From Ruminococcus albus 7 = DSM 20455 (lineage in GTDB: Bacteria; Bacillota; Clostridia; Oscillospirales; Ruminococcaceae): a DNA stretch of 32,000 nucleotides. Under the pieces are notes generated by a model. That model saw nothing but the letters and a program-made list of their open reading frames with translations. It had not been told where the DNA came from and searched no databases. Made by a program: the position numbers and the translations under genes. Every line of letters starts with the position of its first letter. Position 1 is the first letter of the stretch. The DNA lies in NCBI RefSeq assembly GCF_000179635.2, contig NC_014824.1, forward strand, positions 240,001-272,000, in the 5' to 3' direction. Positions 23,491 to 30,589 of the stretch are shown here, piece by piece.

Positions 23491-25680
23491 ATGCCGAGAA
23501 AAAAAGCGGAAACTGCTGTTATTGACAGGACCGGTTATGATGAGCACATGAGAGACATAGTTGTATCAGAAGTTCTGACAGAAAACTATATGCCTTATGC
23601 CATGAGTGTTATAAAATCGAGAGCGCTGCCGGAGATAGACGGATTTAAGCCTGCACACAGAAAACTTCTGTATACAATGTATCAGATGAAGCTTTTTGAT
23701 AAAAAGACGAAATGTGCCAATATTGTTGGTCAGACCATGCAGTATAACCCACACGGAGACTCCAGTATCTACGAAACACTCGTAAGATTGACCGAAGATA
23801 ATGAATCCTTGCTTACTCCTCTTATTTCTTCTAAAGGCAATTTCGGTAAGCACTATTCAAGAGATATGGCTTATGCAGCATACAGATACACAGAGGCAGG
23901 ATTTACAAAGATAGCAGCAGAGTTATTTGAGGGTATAAACAAAAACGCCGTAGACATGGCAGATAACTTCGATGCTACAAAGAAAGAACCTGTGCTTCTG
24001 CCAACAAGCTTTCCTAATATACTCGCTATGCCTACTCTGGGAATAGCTGTCGGCATGGCTTCCAATATTGCATCCTTCAACCTTAAAGAACTGTGCGAAG
24101 CTACTATCGAGTATATAAAGGATCCTAAAACAGATATTCTGGATATTATGCCCGGCCCTGATTTTTCTACCGGGGGAGACATCCTGTTTGATCGAGATGA
24201 AATGGACAAGATCTACAGAACAGGGAAGGGGAGTATCGTTGTAAGGAGCAAATATACAGTCGATAAGAAAAACAGAAGAATTGAGATAAGAGAGATTCCA
24301 TATAGTACGACTACCGAAGCTATCATCGAAAATGTTATAAGCCTGTGTAAAAGCAAAAGAATAATGGACATCGATGATATAAGAGACGATACTGATAAAA
24401 ACGGACTTCTTATCACTATTGAGTATAAGAGATCAGCTGACCCTGACGAGATCATGAATAAGCTTTACAGTCTGACTCCGCTTCAGGACACCTTCAGCTG
24501 CAACTTCACAATGCTTATAAACAATAATCCTGTTGTTCTTGGAGTATACGGTATACTCGATGAATGGATAAAGTTCCGTACTGAATGCATCAAGAGAGAG
24601 CTTACATATGATCTTGAAATATTCAGAAAGAAACTCCATCTTATGGAAGGCCTACAGAAGATCCTTTTAAATATCGATAAGGCAATTAAGATCATACGCG
24701 GTACAAAACTGGATAAGGATGTTATCCCCAACTTGATGAAAGGCTTTGATATAGACAAGACTCAGGCTGAATACATCACAGAAATAAGACTCAGAAACAT
24801 AAACGAGGAATGGATCCTTGACAGAACAAAGGAAATCGAGAAAATAAAAGAAGATATAAAGAAAAATGAAACGATAATAAGCAGTGATAAAGCCCTGAAA
24901 AAGCAAATAATCAAGAAACTGAAGGAAATAGCAAATAAAGAGGATTATATCAAACCCAGAAAAACAACTATCAATACGGAAGTTAAGGTTGAAAAAGTAA
25001 CTGTAATTGAAGAAGTGAAAAATTATGATGTAAAGATCATAATTAGTGAACACGGATACGTCAAGAAAGTTCCCACAAGTACGTATAAGGAAGATACAGA
25101 GTATAAGCTGAAAGACGATGATCGTATCCTAAAGATCATAGACGCTCAGAACATCGGAGAAGTACTTACCTTTACTGATAAAGGTGTAGTCTATAAAACA
25201 AAGATCAGCGATATAGAAGTTTGCAAAGCGGGAGAATTTGGAACATTTATCCGTTCTGCAGCCGAAATACCCGACGATGAAAAAACTGTCTTTATAACAG
25301 CAACAGGAGATTTCTCGGGTAACATGATAGTTGTTTTCGAGAATGGTAAAGTTGCGAAGTTCCCGTTAAACGTTTATGAGACAAAACAGAACAGAAAAAA
25401 ACTGATAAATGCCTTTTATACGAACGTAAAGCCCGTCGCATTCTATCATGTTCTTGAAGACGTCAATATAAAGATGAAGAGCGATGGCGGAAAGCTGCTG
25501 ATCTTTAATTCAGAAATGATAAATCTAAAGAATTCAAAGACAACACAAGGAACTCAGGTAATGAAGCTTCCAAAGGAAACAAAGATCCTAAAGTCTAGGA
25601 TCATTGAGGAACTTGATAAAAAAAGCAGTAAAATAGTAGTGAAAAGCATCCCTGCAAGTGGTTTTTCAAGAAAGAAATAA
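23491..25680 (+). CDS. Type IIA DNA topoisomerase, subunit A (GyrA/ParC-like, short C-terminal domain)
   Basis: YMPYAMSVIKSRALPEIDGFKPAHRKLLYTMY, NPHGDSSIYETLVRL, catalytic-Tyr motif AAYRYTEAG. 729 aa. No QRRGGKG-type GyrA box seen in the C-terminal part. Confidence 0.9.
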   Translation: MPRKKAETAVIDRTGYDEHMRDIVVSEVLTENYMPYAMSVIKSRALPEIDGFKPAHRKLLYTMYQMKLFDKKTKCANIVGQTMQYNPHGDSSIYETLVRLTEDNESLLTPLISSKGNFGKHYSRDMAYAAYRYTEAGFTKIAAELFEGINKNAVDMADNFDATKKEPVLLPTSFPNILAMPTLGIAVGMASNIASFNLKELCEATIEYIKDPKTDILDIMPGPDFSTGGDILFDRDEMDKIYRTGKGSIVVRSKYTVDKKNRRIEIREIPYSTTTEAIIENVISLCKSKRIMDIDDIRDDTDKNGLLITIEYKRSADPDEIMNKLYSLTPLQDTFSCNFTMLINNNPVVLGVYGILDEWIKFRTECIKRELTYDLEIFRKKLHLMEGLQKILLNIDKAIKIIRGTKLDKDVIPNLMKGFDIDKTQAEYITEIRLRNINEEWILDRTKEIEKIKEDIKKNETIISSDKALKKQIIKKLKEIANKEDYIKPRKTTINTEVKVEKVTVIEEVKNYDVKIIISEHGYVKKVPTSTYKEDTEYKLKDDDRILKIIDAQNIGEVLTFTDKGVVYKTKISDIEVCKAGEFGTFIRSAAEIPDDEKTVFITATGDFSGNMIVVFENGKVAKFPLNVYETKQNRKKLINAFYTNVKPVAFYHVLEDVNIKMKSDGGKLLIFNSEMINLKNSKTTQGTQVMKLPKETKILKSRIIEELDKKSSKIVVKSIPASGFSRKK

Positions 25681-25841
25681 AGAATTACTTTAATTGGAGA
25701 AGATAAAAAGCCTGCAATATCAACAGAAATCTTCGGAGACTATATACTTGTAACAACAGACAAGGGAGAAAAAATACTTACGAGCGGAACAATGGTTATA
25801 ATCTACGAAGACAAATATTATTATGAAGAGGAGAATAATAA

Positions 25842-26000
25842 ATGACCAGTAAGCAGTTTGATGAGATCATAAAGGAAAATAAAGAGCTGATAGAAAAGGC
25901 TTTCCCGGACGAATATACTCCTGTTGAAGAGATAATCGAGCAGAAAGAAAAGTATGAGGTTATTGTGAAGGGGAAAGATAAGACAGACTCCGAAGCGTAA
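25842..26000 (+). CDS. Small hypothetical protein (52 aa; below the ORF-track cutoff)
   Basis: ATG at 25842 preceded by GAGGAGA. MTSKQFDEIIKENKELIEKAFPDEYTPVEEIIEQKEKYEVIVKGKDKTDSEA. Followed by the hairpin AGCTCTC...GAGAGCT. Confidence 0.4.
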   Translation: MTSKQFDEIIKENKELIEKAFPDEYTPVEEIIEQKEKYEVIVKGKDKTDSEA

Positions 26001-26059
26001 TATAATTATCTGATAAAACGACAAAGCTCTCTCGTCACTAATAGGATGGGAGAGCTATT

Positions 26060-26077
26060 TGTGTCACGCGTGACACA
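26060..26077. promoter_or_regulatory. Solitary perfect palindrome TGTGTCACGCGTGACACA
   Basis: Lies between a terminator-like hairpin (26026-26056) and the promoter of the 26229 operon. Confidence 0.6.
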
Positions 26078-26153
26078 AATAATGAAAAATCAAGATACGA
26101 TAAAAGTCCTTGCAAATTTTTGCAGGGATTTTTTATTGGAGCGAATTTTACCA

Positions 26154-26203
26154 TATAATATATTTGAGATCTTTTATGATAATCTGGAGTTATATAAGAT
26201 CTG
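26154..26203 (+). promoter_or_regulatory. -10 box plus diverged copy of the AGATCTT...AAGATCTGAAT leader hairpin
   Basis: TATAAT at 26154-26159. GAGATCTT (26166-26173) pairs with AAGATCTG (26196-26203). The loop carries TGATAATCTGGAGTT. Confidence 0.45.
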
Positions 26204-26228
26204 AATATTATTAACGGAGGAAAAAAAC

Positions 26229-26801
26229 ATGTCAGCAATAGCAAATGAATTACTAGAAAAGGAGATAATTCGACTTAGAGAAGAAAACAGGAAAATCAAT
26301 GACCAGCTGAATTTCGTGTGTAAAAACAGAGAGGTTATTCAGAAGTCCTATGCAGCATTGGAAAAAAAGTACAATGAATTTGTTGCCAATGCTACGGAAA
26401 TTAATATGGGACTGCTTCATGTTCATACAAACGATAAAGGTAATCCCGGTGTATTTGTTACCTATGATGCATTAAATTCAGTAAATGGTACAGAAATAGA
26501 ACGACAGGCTGCAGTACTTGTTGAGTATAATAAAGAAAGCGGTAGAATACAGGTATTCACTTATGATAGGTATTCGGATGACCCTATAAATTCTTACGAA
26601 ATAGATACAAATTTAAGAGAAACGGCAGCTGAATGCAGACGTAGGATAGCGGAATGCGAGGCAGTTCTCAATGAGGCTTATAAGGAAGAATATCCTGAGG
26701 AGTTTTTAACAGTAATGGAAGAAGCCGAACTCAAAGATGACATAAAGCAATGCGAAGAATACTGCAAAAGATTCACAAAGCTTACAGGAGAAGAAGCTTA
26801 A
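26229..26801 (+). CDS. Hypothetical protein (190 aa, N-terminal coiled-coil-like)
   Basis: GGAGG SD. First gene of a tightly packed nine-gene operon. No motif recognised. Confidence 0.65.
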   Translation: MSAIANELLEKEIIRLREENRKINDQLNFVCKNREVIQKSYAALEKKYNEFVANATEINMGLLHVHTNDKGNPGVFVTYDALNSVNGTEIERQAAVLVEYNKESGRIQVFTYDRYSDDPINSYEIDTNLRETAAECRRRIAECEAVLNEAYKEEYPEEFLTVMEEAELKDDIKQCEEYCKRFTKLTGEEA

Positions 26802-26822
26802 ATAATCAAAAGGAGTACTAAT

Positions 26823-27023
26823 ATGAAAATCAATAACGAAAAAATAAAGAAAGCACTATTTAACAGCGGAACATTAGCGGTGGAAGACTTCTGTGGTATG
26901 GATCTGTCAGGCTATGATAAAGAATCTATTGATAAGATTATGGATGAGGTGATAGATCAAATGCCTGATGATACACTTGAAGAGTATTACAAAATCTACG
27001 TGATCGATGCTGAAAAGGAGTAA
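26823..27023 (+). CDS. Small acidic hypothetical protein (66 aa)
   Basis: AAGGAG SD. About 17 D/E versus 8 K/R residues by hand count. Confidence 0.55.
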   Translation: MKINNEKIKKALFNSGTLAVEDFCGMDLSGYDKESIDKIMDEVIDQMPDDTLEEYYKIYVIDAEKE

Positions 27024-27025
27024 TA

Positions 27026-27343
27026 ATGGATACATTTCAAAAAAATTGTCCTGTTTGCGGAAGCAAAGAATATGGATACGAATCTTATTCTGAATTTGGA
27101 TGGGGCAGTGTGGAGCAGCATGGCTACTGCGATAAATGCGGCTATACAATAGAACAGGCTTATTCACCTGTCTACGAATTCTTCAGTGACTTGCGCAAAG
27201 GATATAAGGATATGGGCGGAACTTATCACGAAAAGAACGTAGTAAGACATAAAAGAATTCGCAGGAAACATTGGGATAACGCCAAAAGAATTCTTGCGAA
27301 AGAACCAAGGATAAACCCTTATATTATGTTTCAATGGTTTTAA
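27026..27343 (+). CDS. Zinc-ribbon hypothetical protein (105 aa)
   Basis: CPVCGSKEY ... CDKCGY (CxxC...CxxC) and a basic C-terminus (HKRIRRKH). Confidence 0.6.
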   Translation: MDTFQKNCPVCGSKEYGYESYSEFGWGSVEQHGYCDKCGYTIEQAYSPVYEFFSDLRKGYKDMGGTYHEKNVVRHKRIRRKHWDNAKRILAKEPRINPYIMFQWF

Positions 27344-27358
27344 GAAAGGAAGAAAATT

Positions 27359-27874
27359 ATGAAATATTTATTTGGATACACTTTTACAGGGATCGATGAG
27401 AATCACCCTCTTTCAGGAAGTAAGGTTAATTCAATTATAGCAGAGAATGACAAAGATGCTGTTGATATAATAAGGAAACTGAAAAACAACGGAATGATAA
27501 ACGAATACGAACTCAAAAAGTTTCCTGCAGCAAAATGCACGATAGATTTCATTTACAAAGAGGAGTCTAATGATCTGCGTTATAGTCACCGGAAGGTAAC
27601 ATCAAATGTCGTGAAAGACTTTTTGAATTCTCAGGAAAACACAAACAAAACCACTAATACTTCCGGTCATATTCCCGGAGGTGAAGCAGAAAAAATTCTG
27701 AATAAGATCATCGATTATTTAGCTGACAATGAGAAAAACGAAGAAGCTGCAATAAACAAGCTTATAAAAATAGGATTCACCGGAGAATCACTCGTTGATT
27801 ATTTCGGCTTCAATATGATGTCCGTAAGTGAAGTTCTTGAGGAACTGCATAATAAAGAAAACAGGACATCATGA
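27359..27874 (+). CDS. Hypothetical protein (171 aa)
   Basis: GAAAGGAAG SD. No motif recognised. Confidence 0.6.
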   Translation: MKYLFGYTFTGIDENHPLSGSKVNSIIAENDKDAVDIIRKLKNNGMINEYELKKFPAAKCTIDFIYKEESNDLRYSHRKVTSNVVKDFLNSQENTNKTTNTSGHIPGGEAEKILNKIIDYLADNEKNEEAAINKLIKIGFTGESLVDYFGFNMMSVSEVLEELHNKENRTS

Positions 27875-27894
27875 ATTATAACGGAGGATTTAAA

Positions 27895-28215
27895 ATGGGA
27901 CTTAATGAAGAAATAGCAGATAATTGGGTCATCTATGTAAACTGGATGAGATGTGGAATGAGAGAAGCTGATGATGCTCTGAACGAAAGCAATCGCAGGC
28001 TAATAAAGGCTTATCAAAAAGAGCATCCAAATGCTAAAGGTTATAAGCTGTGGAAAGGAATTATAGATATTCCTGAACAGGTCTATAATTTTGGAATAGA
28101 TATGATCTTTGAAGGAACGCCCGAAATAATAAACGAAATAAATAATGAATCTGACGAGTTCAAGAGGCTTAAAATATTTGAGAAATATGGAGCTATAGGA
28201 ATCGTCTGGAGTTAA
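27895..28215 (+). CDS. Hypothetical protein (106 aa; alternative coupled start at 27871)
   Basis: GGAGGA lies 6 nt before the ATG at 27895. The track start 27871 overlaps the previous stop (ATGA) and is also possible. Confidence 0.55.
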   Translation: MGLNEEIADNWVIYVNWMRCGMREADDALNESNRRLIKAYQKEHPNAKGYKLWKGIIDIPEQVYNFGIDMIFEGTPEIINEINNESDEFKRLKIFEKYGAIGIVWS

Positions 28216-28239
28216 ATAAAAGTACGGAGGAAAAAATCT

Positions 28240-28746
28240 ATGAAATATATTTATGTCGAAGTCTGGGAAAGAGAGATAGAAAAGCCTGTAGTGTATAATA
28301 CTTATGCTGAAGCAAACTGTCAGATGAGAAAAGATTTTCTGGCAGCAATAAGAGATCGAGCAGAGACTATTCTTTCAGAAGAAAAAATAGACCTCACCGA
28401 GAAGCCTGCATATGGAGAATTTGAGGACTGTGAGATCACACCATATTCTGCATGGGCTAATGATTGTGCAAACCACGATAATTGGGATGCCATGATTTTC
28501 CCTTTCGATGAAAGCAAAGAAGAAAAGCCATCACCTAAAATCGAAGGCTATATTATAATCACCTACAGCAAGAACAAGCCGGAATATGTTGAGATGACGT
28601 CTTTCAGAGGGCTGGATCATTCTCTTACTGCAGATAAAGCCAAGGCAACTGTATTTGAAAGGATAAAAGAAGCAGAAGAAGTTCTTGAATATCTTAATAA
28701 TGTATCGAACAAATATTTTAGAATTGATCCCGTTAAGGTTAATTGA
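28240..28746 (+). CDS. Hypothetical protein (168 aa)
   Basis: GGAGG SD. No motif recognised. Confidence 0.6.
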   Translation: MKYIYVEVWEREIEKPVVYNTYAEANCQMRKDFLAAIRDRAETILSEEKIDLTEKPAYGEFEDCEITPYSAWANDCANHDNWDAMIFPFDESKEEKPSPKIEGYIIITYSKNKPEYVEMTSFRGLDHSLTADKAKATVFERIKEAEEVLEYLNNVSNKYFRIDPVKVN

Positions 28747-28752
28747 TCTTAT

Positions 28753-28781
28753 ACTCTCCCGATGGTTCGGGGGAGTTTTTG
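28753..28781 (+). terminator. Intrinsic terminator or attenuator inside the operon
   Basis: ACTCTCCC-GATGGTTC-GGGGGAGT 8-bp stem followed by TTTTT. Confidence 0.6.
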
Positions 28782-28802
28782 TTATTATATCGAAAAATCA
28801 GA

Positions 28803-28841
28803 TATAATGATTATAGGTGTATTTACTGATAATTCGGAGTT
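28803..28841 (+). promoter_or_regulatory. Internal -10 box plus conserved leader motif TGATAATTCGGAGTT
   Basis: TATAAT at 28803-28808. TACTGATAATTCGGAGT (28824-28840) is nearly identical to 1401-1416. Confidence 0.4.
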
Positions 28842-28869
28842 CAAAAACGTAAAAACGGAGGTATTACTA

Positions 28870-29289
28870 ATGGAAAAATTTTCAAGCAGCAATTATATAA
28901 GCAAAAAATACGGTATTGAAGCAGGAAGTACAGTATATGTAGTTCGTGAACATCTGTATTATCTTCCTGGCGATCCTATTCCCAAACAGGAATTTTGCAT
29001 TTACGAAGCGCAGATAGAGTATTTCAGAAAAGGCGGATACACTGATTTCAAAACGAAAATAACAAAGCCTGCCTTGCAGAACAACATTGATTTTTTCAAA
29101 CTGACCAATCTTAATAACAATTTTGTTTTTTCTGATAAAAGAAGTGCTGCACTTTTTGCAAAAGAACTTACAGATAAATTTGAAGCGAAAAGTTATAGGA
29201 AAAATTGCCCGATGATGAGAAGGACATGGGCTGTTTATCTAGAAGACGATAAGAAAGAGGGAGAAATGAATGAAAAACCAAAAATGTGA
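28870..29289 (+). CDS. Hypothetical protein (139 aa)
   Basis: The ATG at 28870 (MEKFSSSNY...) with GGAGG 9 nt upstream is preferred over the track start 28762, which would span the terminator and promoter. Confidence 0.6.
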   Translation: MEKFSSSNYISKKYGIEAGSTVYVVREHLYYLPGDPIPKQEFCIYEAQIEYFRKGGYTDFKTKITKPALQNNIDFFKLTNLNNNFVFSDKRSAALFAKELTDKFEAKSYRKNCPMMRRTWAVYLEDDKKEGEMNEKPKM

Positions 29290-29491
29290 TTACTGCAGCG
29301 GTGGGGAAGTCCTTATAGGAGAAACTACAGAAATGAAAGTATTTGTTGATGCCGGAAGTACAGGTGAAGCCAGAACGATAAAGGTAGAAAGTATGCCTTG
29401 TCCTGAGAATGCTTTTTGCGGTATGAATGGAATACCTTCCAGAGGAGTGTTTTTGATCAATTACTGTCCGATGTGTGGACGGAAGCTTTAA
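29270..29491 (+). CDS. Cys-rich zinc-ribbon-like protein (73 aa)
   Basis: CDYCSGG ... CPENAFC ... CPMCG. Overlaps the previous ORF by 20 nt. GAGGGAGA SD. Confidence 0.55.
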   Translation: MKNQKCDYCSGGEVLIGETTEMKVFVDAGSTGEARTIKVESMPCPENAFCGMNGIPSRGVFLINYCPMCGRKL

Positions 29492-29507
29492 AGGAGCTTA
29501 ATAGGAA

Positions 29508-29535
29508 AGGGCTGTTGATGTGCAGCTCTTTTTTT
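29508..29535 (+). terminator. Rho-independent terminator of the operon
   Basis: AGGGCTG-TTGATGTG-CAGCTCT stem followed by T7. Confidence 0.65.
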
Positions 29536-29571
29536 GTGGGGGAGGGGAGTTGTTTGAAATTTGTGTCACGC

Positions 29572-29589
29572 GTGACACAAAATCACTTA
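29572..29589. promoter_or_regulatory. Solitary perfect palindrome TGTGTCACGCGTGACACA
   Basis: Lies 37 nt after the operon terminator, flanked by TTT/AAA like the copy at 26060. Confidence 0.6.
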
Positions 29590-29695
29590 TAAACTACAAA
29601 AAGATTTCAGTGTATTATATTTGCCTAAAAACAAATCATTGTTTATGGTAAAAATAGAGTTTTTTGTTAAAAAACGGTTATTTATGTTCGTTTGC

Positions 29696-29723
29696 TTGAC
29701 ATATCATGATTTCATTGTATAAT
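29696..29723 (+). promoter_or_regulatory. Promoter TTGACA-16-TATAAT driving the riboswitch leader
   Basis: -35 at 29696-29701, -10 at 29718-29723. Confidence 0.65.
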
Positions 29724-29769
29724 TATAATAAGGCTAGTTATAATAATTCAGTATTACAATTAGCTGAAA

Positions 29770-29863
29770 ATATAAAAGCAAAATTGCTGAAAAGCAGTGA
29801 CGCAAAGCCAAGGGTCTAAACCGTATGGTATGACAGCCGGTTGCTATAGATAGGTAGGTTATA
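29770..29863 (+). promoter_or_regulatory. c-di-GMP-I (GEMM-I) riboswitch aptamer
   Basis: AAAGCAAAAUUGCUGAAAAGCAGUGACGCAAAGCCAAGGGUCUAAACCGUAUGGUAUGACAGCCGGUUGC...AUAGGUAGGUUAUAGG. Contains the GCAAA element, a GAAA-tetraloop hairpin, GACGCAAAGCC, CUAAACC, and GACAGCCGG(U)UGC / GGUAGGUAG elements. These are shared with the Vc2 and clostridial GEMM-I sequences as I recall them. Confidence 0.75.
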
Positions 29864-29892
29864 GGCAATGCGTTTTGGCGCATTGTCTTTTT
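29864..29892 (+). terminator. Riboswitch expression-platform terminator
   Basis: CAATGCG-TTTTGG-CGCATTG stem followed by TCTTTTT, ending 30 nt before the ATG at 29922. Confidence 0.7.
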
Positions 29893-29921
29893 GTTTTAAC
29901 AGATTGAGAAAGGATGATTTT

Positions 29922-30584
29922 ATGAAAAAGAAAGTATTAGCCTTATCAGCTGCTATAACTATGATTTTGGGTACTGGAGGAGTATTTCCAAAGGCTAAAT
30001 TGGATTTTAGTTCATTGATTTCAGTATACAGTTGGGAAACTAATGAGGGTTATGAATATGAAGTGATTAATCGCGATACGATTTGTATCACAGGATATAG
30101 TGGTTATGATGCAGAAATAATAATACCTGATAAAATAGATGGTAAAAAAGTTACTAGCTTAGGGGAAAATTCTTTTAGGTATACCGGAATTAAAAGCATA
30201 ACGATACCCGATGGCGTAAAGAGTATAGGGGAAAATGCTTTTGATAATTGCGAATACCTGACAAGCATAACTATTCCAGAAAGTGTAGAGAAAATAGAAG
30301 GCTATACTTTTTGGGGTTGTGATAATCTGGAGAGCATAACGTTACCCAATAGCATAACTAGCATAGGGCAATGTGCTTTTGGCGGCTGCAAAAGCCTGAC
30401 AAGTATTACTATACCATATAGCGTTACAAATATTGGAGATTATGCTTTAGGATATAAAATGTTATTAAGGTTTGATGAATATGAGAAACTCCCCAATTTC
30501 AAAATTTATTGCTACAAAGACGCCCAACACATCACCTTATCAACACTAAAAAATACCGAAATTCAGCATTTTTTCAAATGCTGA
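29922..30584 (+). CDS. Secreted BspA-type leucine-rich-repeat (LRR_5) surface protein, probably 3'-truncated or fused
   Basis: The ATG at 29922 (GAAAGGA SD) is preferred over the track start 29868, which lies in the terminator. Signal peptide MKKKVLALSAAITMILG. Repeats ITIPDGVKSIGENAF / ITIPESVEKIEGYTF / ITLPNSITSIGQCAF / ITIPYSVTNIGDYAL. The last about 20 aa look unrelated (junction with the integrated element). Confidence 0.8.
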   Translation: MKKKVLALSAAITMILGTGGVFPKAKLDFSSLISVYSWETNEGYEYEVINRDTICITGYSGYDAEIIIPDKIDGKKVTSLGENSFRYTGIKSITIPDGVKSIGENAFDNCEYLTSITIPESVEKIEGYTFWGCDNLESITLPNSITSIGQCAFGGCKSLTSITIPYSVTNIGDYALGYKMLLRFDEYEKLPNFKIYCYKDAQHITLSTLKNTEIQHFFKC

Positions 30585-30589
30585 ATTTC
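30558..30589. terminator. Perfect 12-bp inverted repeat between convergent genes
   Basis: GAAATTCAGCAT-TTTTTCAA-ATGCTGAATTTC. Overlaps both stop codons and could terminate either strand. Confidence 0.5.

Noticed and set aside
23566-25053. Antisense ORFs within the topoisomerase A gene
   Set aside because: They are shadow ORFs with low-complexity, Ile/Leu/Ser/Phe-rich translations typical of antisense AT-rich coding DNA.
25821-26244. Minus-strand ORFs 25821-26024 and 26038-26244
   Set aside because: They overlap the better-supported plus-strand small ORF, the palindrome and promoter region. The translations are low complexity.
29868-29921. Upstream start (29868) for the LRR protein given by the ORF track
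   Set aside because: That segment is the riboswitch terminator stem and U-tract. The ATG at 29922 has an SD and begins a canonical signal peptide.
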